A stretch of 64,000 nucleotides of DNA from assembly GCA_038231275.1 (NCBI GenBank), contig JBBRLQ010000005.1:224001-288000 (forward strand). The letters are read 5' to 3'. The notes below the pieces were generated by a model, which saw only the letters and a list, made by a program, of their open reading frames with translations, did no database searches and was not told the origin of the DNA. A program made the position numbers and the translations under genes. The stretch comes from Polyangiales bacterium (GTDB lineage: Bacteria > Myxococcota_A > Polyangia > Polyangiales > Polyangiaceae). Position 1 is the stretch's first letter; the number at the start of each line of letters is the position of its first letter. Shown piece after piece: positions 1 through 9,126 of this stretch.

Positions 1-86
1 GCGACGCGCAGACGGGTTGCGCCTTCTACCTCTGCTCCAACACATGCTGGCCGAACGGCACGCCGAACGGCGTCGCCTGCCCGTGA
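1..86 (+). CDS. 3' end of a Cys-rich hypothetical protein (partial)
   Basis: Frame from nt 3 reads DAQTGCAFYLCSNTCWPNGTPNGVACP-stop (TGA 84-86) with GC-rich third positions; open at window edge. Confidence 0.6.
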   Translation, partial: DAQTGCAFYLCSNTCWPNGTPNGVACP

Positions 87-145
87 GTCGGGTAACGCGG
101 CGAGGCCCTTGCGCTCCGAGCACGAGGAGAGCCAGGAGCGATACG

Positions 146-394
146 TCAGGACGTTTCGCGCCCGCGGACCTCGGTGGCCTCGACGGCCAGCACGGCGCGG
201 TAGATCGCACTGAAGATCTCTTCCTGCCGCCGCCGCCTCCGCGTCCCGACGCTCGGCGGCCCGCTCGGCGGGGGCGGCGTGATCGCGAGCGCCATCTTCA
301 CGACGAGGACGCTTCCGCAGAGGGCCGTCCCCGCGCCGAGGACGGTGCTCGCCACGATGCCGACGTACTCGAGGAGATAGAGGGTGTTGCTCAC
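146..394 (-). CDS. Small hypothetical membrane protein
   Basis: GTG at 394; 82 aa with hydrophobic segment YVGIVASTVLGAGTALCGSVLVV then Pro/Arg-rich tail; fills the gap between neighbours. Confidence 0.5.
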   Translation of the reverse strand: MSNTLYLLEYVGIVASTVLGAGTALCGSVLVVKMALAITPPPPSGPPSVGTRRRRRQEEIFSAIYRAVLAVEATEVRGRETS

Positions 395-549
395 GATGCC
401 TGCCTTTCCGGGTTGTCCCCCCATCGGCACGACACGGCGACGGTTGCGTACATTCGGACGCGCGCCGCGCTGGACGCGACCCCTCTGCCGTGGCACCAGG
501 AAGGCGGGGCATGCCGGGCCCCGGCGTTTTCCGTTCCACGGGTGTCCGC

Positions 550-1284
550 ATGCGAGCTCCTCTTCTTCTCTCCGCCGCCGCGGTCGTCGCGCTCGTCGCG
601 TGGCTGATGCCGGCGTGCGGGATCGTCGCGACGATCCCCGGTGACGGCGCCGACGCGGCCAGCTCCGTCGATGGCGCGGCGCGTGTCGATGCGGGCGGCG
701 ACGCGACCGCGGAGGTGGACGGGTCGTCGACGACGCCTGACAGTGGCTGCACGGGAACCGGCCCATGTGCGTGCGCCGGACCGCAACCTTCCTGCTACTG
801 CGGCGCGGTGTGCCTGAACGGCGCGTGGCACTGCAACGGGTGCCCGACGATGTGTGCCGGCGACAAGCCGCGCCTCGTCGTGAACGGCACCGACGTCCCG
901 ATCCTCCAGACCGCTGGCAAATCGATCGTGATGAACTGCTGCGACTCGGCGGAGCTGAGCGTGGCGAGCTCCGGCTTCCAGGCGCTCCTGAACCTGCTTT
1001 GGCGCGCGCCGGCGGGGGCCGCTGGAACCGCGACGCTGGATCTGTCGAACCTGCCGCCCTCCGCGAGCGTGGAGCTCGATCTCGGGTGCGATCCGTCCAA
1101 GGGCCCGTGCGGCGCCGGGACCGAGGACAGGTACACCAGCGGATTTCAGGGGACGATCACGCACTCGATCGATCCTTCGGGCCCGGTCGTTACGTATTGC
1201 GTGTCGGTCGCCGAGACGGCGGGCAGCCCTCATCCCGTGCTCCACTCCGTCCAGCTCTACGCGCCGAAGGTCCCGTCGCCCTGA
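550..1284 (+). CDS. Cys-rich lipoprotein, hypothetical
   Basis: ATG 550; signal peptide ending MPA-C; DAG-rich linker; Cys cluster CTGTGPCACAGPQPSCYCGAVCLNGAWHCNGC. Confidence 0.75.
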   Translation: MRAPLLLSAAAVVALVAWLMPACGIVATIPGDGADAASSVDGAARVDAGGDATAEVDGSSTTPDSGCTGTGPCACAGPQPSCYCGAVCLNGAWHCNGCPTMCAGDKPRLVVNGTDVPILQTAGKSIVMNCCDSAELSVASSGFQALLNLLWRAPAGAAGTATLDLSNLPPSASVELDLGCDPSKGPCGAGTEDRYTSGFQGTITHSIDPSGPVVTYCVSVAETAGSPHPVLHSVQLYAPKVPSP

Positions 1285-1297
1285 GCGCGCTCCACCG

Positions 1298-2431
1298 ATG
1301 AAAGAATGGCGCTCCAAGCTCTTCGTGTCGTTGACGCTCGGCGTGGCCGCCGCTGCGCTCCTCGTGCGCGCCGCGCATCGTTCCGGTGACGTCCTGCCGC
1401 CGGCTCCGTCCGCCTCCGCCGTCCCGGCGACCGTCATCGATGCGAACGCGTACGCCGCGCCGCTCGACGCGAGGAGCGCGGACGCGGACTGGGAAGAAGC
1501 ATCGGCAGCCGACGCGGCCGACCTGTGCGCGCGCTTTGCCGAACGCAGCGCCGCCGCGCTCTCCGGCGTGCGCGGACGGCTCCACGAAGCCAACAAGAAG
1601 CTACCGGAGCTCTGCGTGACCACGCCACGCGCGACGTGGGCGCTCGTCGTGGAGCACGCGGCCGAGGGGTCGCCGTCGAGCGAGCCGGACGGCACCGGTG
1701 TCGGCATCGCCGTCGCGCTCCTGCACATCGACGCCAACGCCAGAGAGACCCGCGTGCTCCCGTCCGAAGCGCTTCACGACACGTGGAGCGTCGCGAGCGG
1801 CTCGTTCATCGGCAACGTGTCTTTGGCGCCGTCGTGGGGGTCGGTCGACCTGACCTTGCTGACCGCCTACGACTACGACGGCGACGGCGATCCGGAGATC
1901 GTCCTCGAAGGAACCGGCGCCGACGAAGGACCCGATCGCAACACCACCGAGGCGTGGACGTTCCGCGACGGAAAGATCATCCCGTTCGCGCCGCTCGCGG
2001 CCGTCACGATCCTCCGCGTCGAGGATCTTGATCACGACGCGCGTCCGGATCTGATCACCCGCGGCCCCTACGCAGGCGTCCGCGCCGTGAGCGGCGTCGG
2101 GGGAGACTATCCCATCGCCCCGCCGTTCTTCGCAATGCACTCGCTCCCCGGTGGTGTGTTCTCGCGGGACGACGCCGTCGCACGCGCGTTCGGAGCTTCC
2201 CACTGCGCGGCCAAGCCGACGCTCGATCTCACGGGCCCCAACGTCTCGAGGCAGTTCACCGAAGACGTCGCCGAGCGCGTCGTGTGCGCGAAGCTTTGGG
2301 GCGCCACGGCTGCGGAGATCCGACGCGCGTGGGACAAGGTCTGCGCCGGCGTCGATGCGGGCAACGACTACGAGTGCCAAACGTGGCCGAAGGAGCTCGG
2401 CGCGATCGCGCCTCCGTTCGTCCTCAAGTAG
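1298..2431 (+). CDS. Secreted/anchored hypothetical protein with Ca-binding-like DxDxDG loops
   Basis: N-terminal hydrophobic helix; DYDGDGDPEI and DLDHDARPDL motifs; 13 nt after upstream gene. Confidence 0.7.
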   Translation: MKEWRSKLFVSLTLGVAAAALLVRAAHRSGDVLPPAPSASAVPATVIDANAYAAPLDARSADADWEEASAADAADLCARFAERSAAALSGVRGRLHEANKKLPELCVTTPRATWALVVEHAAEGSPSSEPDGTGVGIAVALLHIDANARETRVLPSEALHDTWSVASGSFIGNVSLAPSWGSVDLTLLTAYDYDGDGDPEIVLEGTGADEGPDRNTTEAWTFRDGKIIPFAPLAAVTILRVEDLDHDARPDLITRGPYAGVRAVSGVGGDYPIAPPFFAMHSLPGGVFSRDDAVARAFGASHCAAKPTLDLTGPNVSRQFTEDVAERVVCAKLWGATAAEIRRAWDKVCAGVDAGNDYECQTWPKELGAIAPPFVLK

Positions 2432-2450
2432 GCAGGCCCGCGTCCCTCGG

Positions 2451-3866
2451 CTACTTGCGGTACGCCTCGGGGTCGAGCCCGAAGCGCCGCATCCAGCGGT
2501 GGACCTGCATCCGCGTCTTGCCCATCGAGCGCGCCACTTCGCTCACGTTTCCGTGGGTCGCCGCGAGGGTCTCCTCGACCTTCGTCTTGAGGAGATTCTC
2601 CTCTTCCGTCAGGGGTCTCGTCGACACGCCCTCGGTCGACGACGACTCCGCCACGCGCGCGGGCCGGCTGTTTCGGATTGGCTCGGGGAGGTGCTTGACG
2701 TCGAGCGGGCCTTCCTCCGCGAACACGGCGGCGGCCTTGAGCGCGTGAAGGAGCTCCCGGACGTTCAGCGGCCAGTCGAAGTGGTAGAGCGCGCGCCCGA
2801 ACGCCGGCGTCACGCGGACGTCGCGGCTCGGCGCGAGGCGCTCGAGGAGATCGGCGATCAGCATCCCGAGGTCCTCTTTGCGGTCGCGGAGCGGCGCCAG
2901 GTGATGCGTGTATCCTGCAACTCGCGCGTAGAGGTCGCTACGGAACGCGTCCGACGCGCCGAGGTCGACGCGCCGGTGGGTGGCGGAGACGACGCGCAGG
3001 TCCACCTTGGTCGCCTTCGTGCTGCCGACCGGAGTGACCTCGCGCTCTTGCAAAACGCGGAGGAGCGCGGCCTGGCTGGTCCGCGGAAGATCGCCGATCT
3101 CGTCGAGGAAGAGCGTGCCCTTGTCGCTCGCGCGGACGAAGCCCGGCTCGTCGCGCAGCGCGCCCGAGAAGGCCCCCTTGATGTGTCCGAAGAGCTGTCC
3201 CTCGACGAGGTTCTCGGGGATGCCTCCGCAGTTCACCGCGACGAGATCGCCTTTGCGCCCGCTCACGGCGTGGATGCCCGCCGCGAGGACCTCTTTGCCG
3301 GAGCCGCTCTCGCCGAGGAGGAGGATCGGCATCTCGGTGATCGCCATTTGGAGCAGCGCGCGCATCAGGCGCGAGTACGAAGGCAGGAGCGTCGCGAAGC
3401 CGTGCGCGCGGCCGCCGAGCGAGTGGCTCTCGACGTTCGGCGTGGCATCGGCGGGCGTGGGCAGCTCGTGGCGGACCACGAAGAGCGTGCTCCCGAGCTC
3501 GAAGAGCTCCGCGTCGTCGACATCGGCGCGCGGGACCTTCGCGCCGCTCACGTAGGTGCCGTTCGTCGAGCCGAGATCGACGACCTCCCATCCGTCGTTC
3601 GTGCGCGCGAGGCGAGCGTGCGTCCCCGACATGAGCGGGTCCGGAAAGCGGAGCATCAGGCGCGTCGTGCCCCCCTCCTTCTCGCGCGTCGCCGAGCGCG
3701 TCGCGCCGCGTCCGACCACGACCTCGTCGACGCCGTCGAGCGCGTACCGGGCGCCGCCGCTGCGAGGGCGCTGGCACTCGAGGATCACGAAGAGGTGTGG
3801 CCGGGCCGGCTCGTCGTCGCCCGGCATCGCCGTGGGATCGCGCTTCAGCGTCTTCTCCGCGACCAT
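2451..3866 (-). CDS. FHA-domain sigma54-dependent transcriptional activator (Fis HTH)
   Basis: FHA motifs VVGR, MSGTHA, DLGSTNGTYV; Walker A GESGSGKE; GAFSGA loop; Walker B TLFLDEIG; WPLNVREL; HTH GNVSEVARSMG. Start taken at ATG 3866. Confidence 0.95.
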   Translation of the reverse strand: MVAEKTLKRDPTAMPGDDEPARPHLFVILECQRPRSGGARYALDGVDEVVVGRGATRSATREKEGGTTRLMLRFPDPLMSGTHARLARTNDGWEVVDLGSTNGTYVSGAKVPRADVDDAELFELGSTLFVVRHELPTPADATPNVESHSLGGRAHGFATLLPSYSRLMRALLQMAITEMPILLLGESGSGKEVLAAGIHAVSGRKGDLVAVNCGGIPENLVEGQLFGHIKGAFSGALRDEPGFVRASDKGTLFLDEIGDLPRTSQAALLRVLQEREVTPVGSTKATKVDLRVVSATHRRVDLGASDAFRSDLYARVAGYTHHLAPLRDRKEDLGMLIADLLERLAPSRDVRVTPAFGRALYHFDWPLNVRELLHALKAAAVFAEEGPLDVKHLPEPIRNSRPARVAESSSTEGVSTRPLTEEENLLKTKVEETLAATHGNVSEVARSMGKTRMQVHRWMRRFGLDPEAYRK

Positions 3867-3906
3867 CGCTCCGAGAAAACTATCACAGGCGCACACGTCC
3901 GTGCCT

Positions 3907-4620
3907 TCAGGGCAGGACGCGCAGGACGCCGCCGACGCCGAGGCCGATGCTGGTGCACGCCGGGGAGCCGCCGCGCGCGGCGATGAAGCCGGCGTCGTGC
4001 CACGCGAGCGTGTAGTCGCCGGGCGGGGTGCCGGGCGCGATTTTCACCTTCACCGTGTCGACCTTGCCGACCGGCAGCGCGTTGGGGCAACCGGCGGCGG
4101 AGCCGTCGCCGAACGCGTTCCACTGCAAATCGTCCGGTCCGGAGATGCCAGGGCCGACGTGGCGCGTGCGGCAGTCGATCAATTCGAGCTGGTTTTCGAT
4201 CGTGAAGTGCACCAGATCGAAGGCGATGTGACCGTTGGCCTCGCCCGCCTGGCTGCAGTTCGCGGTTCCGAGCAGGACGATGTCGATGTCGACGATGTCG
4301 CCCGGGTGGCCCTGACCGTTCTCGATGCACACGTCCGGCTCGATGGGCGTGACGTTGCAGTGCTTGGCCATCGGAGTGTCCACGTTCGCGTCGGGCGCGC
4401 CGGCGTCGGCGACCGGAGTCGAGCCGCCGTCCGCTGCAGGAGCGGGCGCGCCGGCGTCGGCGTTCGGAGACGGCGGAGCGGGCGGCGGCGCCGGCGGAGC
4501 AGACGACACGGCGGACGGCACGGGCGCGTTTCCGTCGACAGACGGCGCGCTGCCGCTGCACGCGGCGGTGAGGAGGAGGAGCGACGAGAGCGAGAGGGCG
4601 AGCCCTTTGGAGGTGTTCAT
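3907..4620 (-). CDS. Lipoprotein with Pro/Ala linker and Cys-containing beta-sandwich-like domain
   Basis: Lipobox TAA-C; PPAP linker; PGDIVDIDIVL...PGDYTL pattern suggests a cohesin/Ig-like fold (inference). Confidence 0.75.
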   Translation of the reverse strand: MNTSKGLALSLSSLLLLTAACSGSAPSVDGNAPVPSAVSSAPPAPPPAPPSPNADAGAPAPAADGGSTPVADAGAPDANVDTPMAKHCNVTPIEPDVCIENGQGHPGDIVDIDIVLLGTANCSQAGEANGHIAFDLVHFTIENQLELIDCRTRHVGPGISGPDDLQWNAFGDGSAAGCPNALPVGKVDTVKVKIAPGTPPGDYTLAWHDAGFIAARGGSPACTSIGLGVGGVLRVLP

Positions 4621-4636
4621 GATGCAGACCCTTAGA

Positions 4637-4651
4637 GCAGCCCGCGTGCCA
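4637..4651 (-). promoter_or_regulatory. Sigma54 -24/-12 promoter
   Basis: Minus strand TGGCACGCGGGCTGC, exact GG-N10-GC, just upstream of ATG 4620. Confidence 0.7.
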
Positions 4652-4691
4652 CGCGCCTGTCGCGCGAATTCCTCGGAAAAATGGCGCGATT

Positions 4692-4745
4692 GTCACCCGG
4701 CCGGGTGACGTCCGCGGAGGCGATACAGGCGATACAGGGGATACA
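4692..4745. promoter_or_regulatory. Putative enhancer: 18-bp palindrome plus three 9-bp direct repeats
   Basis: GTCACCCGGCCGGGTGAC (4692-4709); GGCGATACA GGCGATACA GGGGATACA (4719-4745). Confidence 0.55.
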
Positions 4746-4791
4746 CTTCACCCGCTCTTCGCGCGCACCACCCCGTCCCCGTCCTCGAGCG

Positions 4792-5541
4792 CTACCAGCC
4801 TGCCGGCAGTCCGGGGCGAAGGCAGTGCAGCGTACGCGGCGCGCGCATCGACGACACGTCGGCACCGAGAGGCGAACCGTCCGTGCCGCGGAGAACCCCC
4901 TCTTCGGGATCCCACGCGGCGGGCTCGCCGGGGGCGACCGAGCGGGTCCCGCTCTGCCACAGGCCGATGATGTACGTGTGACCTGCGACGCGCGCGCCGA
5001 GTCGCTCGGCGGTGGCGGTCGCGAAGTGCTGGCCGGCCGCGGTGCCGAACGCGCTGCAGCATCGAAACCACACGAGCGCTCCGGGCGCGAGGACGCGTGC
5101 GAGACCGGTCACTTCTTCGTCGAGGTCTCCCGCCGCCGTCGCCACGTCGAGGCGCTCGTCGCCCATCCCCATGTAGCCCCATCCGCCGTGCCCCCAGAGC
5201 TGGAGCTCTTGCACCTTCGCGTCCTCGCGCGCCGCGACGTCGGCGGTCCAGCGAAGTGCTTCGCGCCAACTGCGCGCGCCGAGCGACGCCGACGCGCGCC
5301 CGATGCCGCGGTGCAGCCCCGCCCCCATCCGCCAAAATCGCGTGAGGCCACCGGTGCCCTCCGCGGCTCCGTCGGCGCGACGGGTGATGCGCGGCACTGC
5401 GACCGGCGCGGTGTCGGTGGCGTCGTAGATGACGAGGCGAAGCATGGCGGGCCCGTCAATCGTGCGGGCGAGAGGGGGAGCTTCGCAAGACGCCGCGAGG
5501 GCTTCGTTCGCGCTCGCGATCCAGGGGTGGAGGCGGTCCAC
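4792..5541 (-). CDS. Hypothetical protein (DUF4347-like alpha/beta pattern); true start may be the internal ATG of MLRLVIYD
   Basis: ELQLWGHG, LVWFRCCSAF, VAGHT motifs; GC-rich third positions. Confidence 0.7.
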   Translation of the reverse strand: MDRLHPWIASANEALAASCEAPPLARTIDGPAMLRLVIYDATDTAPVAVPRITRRADGAAEGTGGLTRFWRMGAGLHRGIGRASASLGARSWREALRWTADVAAREDAKVQELQLWGHGGWGYMGMGDERLDVATAAGDLDEEVTGLARVLAPGALVWFRCCSAFGTAAGQHFATATAERLGARVAGHTYIIGLWQSGTRSVAPGEPAAWDPEEGVLRGTDGSPLGADVSSMRAPRTLHCLRPGLPAGW

Positions 5542-5573
5542 TCGAAGCTACCGAAACCACATGTATGCCTCGT

Positions 5574-5589
5574 CGGCACACCGCGTGCT
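5574..5589 (+). promoter_or_regulatory. Sigma54-like promoter
   Basis: CGGCACACCGCGTGCT, GG(5575)-N10-GC(5587), upstream of ATG 5607. Confidence 0.5.
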
Positions 5590-5606
5590 TTGCCCTCGGG
5601 GTTCCC

Positions 5607-6287
5607 ATGAAACGACTCGTACTTCTCTGGGCGGCGGTGATCGGGCTCTCGGCGTGCGGAGCGAGCGATCCGCAAGAGGCCGTCGGCGACAACGGCGCGG
5701 CCAACGAGGAAGCGGATCAGGCCCTCACGGCGTCGGCGGTGCCGCAGAACCTGTACCGCGTCTCGCCGTGCGCCGACCCCTGCCCGTCGAGCATGGCGCA
5801 GCCGGTCGCGCGCGGCGGCACCGTGTACCGCGGCGCGCGGCCCGGCCTGGATGCGATCCGGTACCTGCGCGACGAGCTCGGCGTCCGCACGATCATCGAT
5901 CTCGAGGTCATGCCGTACAACACGCACCCCGAGGACGGCCACGTCGCCACGGCGAACCGCGATCAAGGCGCGCCGCACATGAGCATCGTGCACTACCACA
6001 TGGAGGCGGTCACCCCGCCGCACGACGACGACATCAACCCGCTCCTCGCCGTCCTCAAGAAGGCCTCCGCGAAGAACGGGGCCGCCTACGTGCACTGCGC
6101 GCTCGGGCGTGATCGCACCGGGCTCGTCATCGCGCTGCACCGCGTGATCAACGACGGATGGAAGGCGCAGGACGCGTACGAAGAGTGGCACCAGCACGGC
6201 TTCGACCAGAGCTGGTTCACGAAATTCGAGTTCACCGCCCTCTTCGACTACTTCGAAGATCGCGTCGGATCCGTGAAGCGCCACTGA
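5607..6287 (+). CDS. Lipoprotein protein-tyrosine/dual-specificity phosphatase-like
   Basis: Lipobox LSA-C; VYRGARP, GVRTIIDL, catalytic HCALGRDRTG (CX5R). Confidence 0.9.
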   Translation: MKRLVLLWAAVIGLSACGASDPQEAVGDNGAANEEADQALTASAVPQNLYRVSPCADPCPSSMAQPVARGGTVYRGARPGLDAIRYLRDELGVRTIIDLEVMPYNTHPEDGHVATANRDQGAPHMSIVHYHMEAVTPPHDDDINPLLAVLKKASAKNGAAYVHCALGRDRTGLVIALHRVINDGWKAQDAYEEWHQHGFDQSWFTKFEFTALFDYFEDRVGSVKRH

Positions 6288-6298
6288 GGTCGCCCGCT

Positions 6299-6314
6299 CG
6301 GCACGTGCCCTGCA
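6299..6314 (+). promoter_or_regulatory. Sigma54-like promoter
   Basis: CGGCACGTGCCCTGCA, GG(6300)-N10-GC(6312). Confidence 0.5.
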
Positions 6315-6326
6315 ACTCATGGGGGC

Positions 6327-7748
6327 ATGCGCACGTTGCCGCTCGCGGTTCTCGCTGTTTTTCCGCTTCTTTCGTCGTGCGGGGCTGGGGATGGCGCGGA
6401 CGGCGCGACACGAGGCGTGTCCGGCGAAACGCAGCTCGTTCCTCCTACGGCGACTCCCGAAGCGACGCCCGAAGGCGCGCTCGGAGACGATGCGCGCACC
6501 TCACCTCCGGTCTTCGATGGCTTCGTCGGCGCACGCTTTGCCATCCTCGAGGCGGAGGGGCACACGCGCATCGTCGATCTGGTCACGCGTCGCGTCGTCG
6601 TCGTCGCGGGTCACCCGATCGTCGACGAGCAGTATGGGGGTGACCTCACGCAGTTCTCGATCCCGCCCAGCGTTCCTACGCGCACGCCTCGCGCGACGAA
6701 GGACGGACGCCGTCTCGCGATCGTCGACGGAGACGGCGCGTACGCGGTCGACACCACGACCGGCGCGCGCGTTGCGTCGCTCATGGGCACGGCCGAGGGC
6801 GCGGCGCTTGGCGACGACGGCTCCGTGCTCGTCTCGTGGGGCGGCGGCGCGATGCGCTTCGGCGACGTCGACGGCACGTGGACCGCGAACGTGACGCTCA
6901 CCTCCGATCGCGAGCCAGTCTTCTTCTGGCATGGGCGGCTCGTCGTGGTGCACACCGTGAGCGGCGAGCACGTCGTCGATCGCTCGACGTGGACGGAGTG
7001 GCGTGTCCCCGAAGGAGAGCTCGTTCGCGTTACCGAGGATGGCGTCGCGATCACGCGCGCCGACGATACGATCGCCTTGTGGCGCGTCGGGGAGGACGCG
7101 CCGCCCGAGCGATTCACGGGTGTGCCCGCGTCGGTGTACGTGCACGTCGACGCCGCGCACGTCGCGTGGGGCGAGCGCACGGCTGCGACCGAGACCGACG
7201 AGCGCCTCACGTTCCACGTCGTCTCCCGTACGACGCGCGCGCGCACGACGTTCCGCGGCGAGGGGACCTGCCCGATTCAGCCGGAATCCGTGCAGTCGAT
7301 CGCCGACGGCGAGATCACCACCGACGTCACGTGCAACCCCGGCTGCGCGTCGATCGAGTACCAGACGCATCACGTCGTCTACGACGCGGCGACCGGCGCG
7401 CTCAAGCGGCGCGAGCACGGCGAGCTGAGCCCGGCGCTCACGCTCACGTGGGGCGCGACGCTCGAGCGACTCGAAGTCCAGGCCCATCGCCTCGGCGCGA
7501 CCCGCGAGTCGGCCGTCGAGAGCCCCGGCGCGCCCGGCGTGTTCGCGTTCACGACGGAGACCGAGCTGCTCCTCGGCGACGGCGTGCGCGGCCGCGTCCT
7601 TCGCGCGATGAAACGCTCGGAAGGTGCGGCGCACCCGGTCTTCACGAAGGATGGGCGCTTCGTTGCCGCAACGACCGAGGGCGGCGCTTTTACCGCATGG
7701 GACGCGCGAACGGGCGAGCCGGTCTTCTCGACCGACACGCCCGAATGA
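6327..7748 (+). CDS. Lipoprotein with beta-propeller (WD40/YVTN-like) repeats
   Basis: Lipobox LSS-C; FTKDGRFVAA...AWDARTGE and KDGRRLAIV...VDTTTG blades. Confidence 0.75.
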   Translation: MRTLPLAVLAVFPLLSSCGAGDGADGATRGVSGETQLVPPTATPEATPEGALGDDARTSPPVFDGFVGARFAILEAEGHTRIVDLVTRRVVVVAGHPIVDEQYGGDLTQFSIPPSVPTRTPRATKDGRRLAIVDGDGAYAVDTTTGARVASLMGTAEGAALGDDGSVLVSWGGGAMRFGDVDGTWTANVTLTSDREPVFFWHGRLVVVHTVSGEHVVDRSTWTEWRVPEGELVRVTEDGVAITRADDTIALWRVGEDAPPERFTGVPASVYVHVDAAHVAWGERTAATETDERLTFHVVSRTTRARTTFRGEGTCPIQPESVQSIADGEITTDVTCNPGCASIEYQTHHVVYDAATGALKRREHGELSPALTLTWGATLERLEVQAHRLGATRESAVESPGAPGVFAFTTETELLLGDGVRGRVLRAMKRSEGAAHPVFTKDGRFVAATTEGGAFTAWDARTGEPVFSTDTPE

Positions 7749-7767
7749 TCGCGCGCCGCGCTCGCCG

Positions 7768-8937
7768 TTACGGCGTGGGCGCCGTGACGGTAGAGCCCGC
7801 GACGTTGACCGCGGTCTGTGCCATCAGCCGACCGTTGATCGACGCGCCGGTTCCGAGGGTGATCGCCGTCTTCGACAGCACGACTCCCTCCGCGTGGGAC
7901 GTCGTTCCGAGCGTCACCGCGCCCGCGACCTGCCACACGATGTTCTTCGCCTGCGCGCCGCCGCTGAGCGTCATCTTCTTCGCCGCGCTCATCGAGAGAT
8001 CGCCGGTGACCTGGAAGATCCACACGTCGTTCGGCGCGCCTGCGATCGTGATGTCGGTGGGGATGGTCACCGCCGAATTCCACTTGTAGAGGCCCGGCAC
8101 CAGCGTGAGCCCGCCGATCGTTCCGGCGCCGAGATCGAGAAACTGCGGGGTCGGGCGCCCGGCCGCGTCGGTGTATGCAGTCTGCATGTTGGTCACCGCC
8201 GTCGTGAGGTTGATCGGCGTCGGCGGATCGTTGTCCGCCGCGAAGATCGAGCCGACGACCTGGGGCGACGTCCAGTACGTGCCGACCCTCGTCAGGGAGA
8301 AACCCGTGATGGAGCTCGCGGCCGCCGGGCTGATCCCAATGTTGCCGGTGATCGCCGACGTCGGCACGTTCGAGACCGCGCTCTTCGCGAGGATGGCGTA
8401 CTTGCCGGCCGCGCCGAGCAGCACTGGCGGAGGGCCGAGCGGCGCGGTGGCGTCGGTGGTGAAGCTCCACACGTAGCTGGCGGCCAGCGCGTTGCCGGCG
8501 AGATCCTTCGCGTCCGTCGAGATCGTCGCCGTATATTTCGTCGCGAGCGCGAGCGCGCTGGTCGGTACGAAGCTGACCGTATCGCTGGTGTACGTGACCG
8601 CGCCGGGGACGGCGGTGGTGCCTTGCGCGAGGGAGAACGTGGCGCCGGCGAGCGACGCGGGCGCCATCGCCTCGCTGAAATCCGCTCGGATCTCACCCGC
8701 GAGCGCCACACCTGTGGCGTTTGCGCTCGGAGAGCTCGACAGCACCGTTGGCGGCGTGGTGTCCGTCCCGACCGCGCCGTCGGAGGCCGATCCGTCGCCG
8801 CCCGTGCCTCCGTCGCCGCTCGCCCCGCCGTCACTGGTGGCGCCCGACGTCGAGTCCGAGCAAGCGGCGAGAAGCAAGAGGGAAAGGGGAAGGCCGAGCT
8901 TCGAGAGGTCGCGTCGAAATGAGATCAAATGAAGCAT
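7768..8937 (-). CDS. Ice-binding protein (DUF3494/IBP-like) lipoprotein with Ig-like domain
   Basis: Lipobox LAA-C; DTTPPTVLSSSP...FSEAM...DLAGNAL...WSFTT Ig-like domain; IBP motifs YAILAKSAVS, GNIGISP, AYTDAAGR, LVPGLYKW, VWIFQV, NIVWQVAG, GRLMAQTAV. AGGAG near ATG 8937. Confidence 0.92.
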   Translation of the reverse strand: MLHLISFRRDLSKLGLPLSLLLLAACSDSTSGATSDGGASGDGGTGGDGSASDGAVGTDTTPPTVLSSSPSANATGVALAGEIRADFSEAMAPASLAGATFSLAQGTTAVPGAVTYTSDTVSFVPTSALALATKYTATISTDAKDLAGNALAASYVWSFTTDATAPLGPPPVLLGAAGKYAILAKSAVSNVPTSAITGNIGISPAAASSITGFSLTRVGTYWTSPQVVGSIFAADNDPPTPINLTTAVTNMQTAYTDAAGRPTPQFLDLGAGTIGGLTLVPGLYKWNSAVTIPTDITIAGAPNDVWIFQVTGDLSMSAAKKMTLSGGAQAKNIVWQVAGAVTLGTTSHAEGVVLSKTAITLGTGASINGRLMAQTAVNVAGSTVTAPTP

Positions 8938-9126
8938 TTGGAAGTTCTCCTTGAAGTGCGCGGACGGATGACGCGAGGGCGGTGGGCGGGTTCGCACATC
9001 GCTCCGTGTCACTGCTGCACGCAAGGAGTCACCCCACAGGGACCGCGAGCGCCAGCGACCTCACCGCTGCAGTTCGCGGACCAGAAGGCCACGGTCGCGC
9101 TCCGCCCATCCCCCTCGGACCGACGT

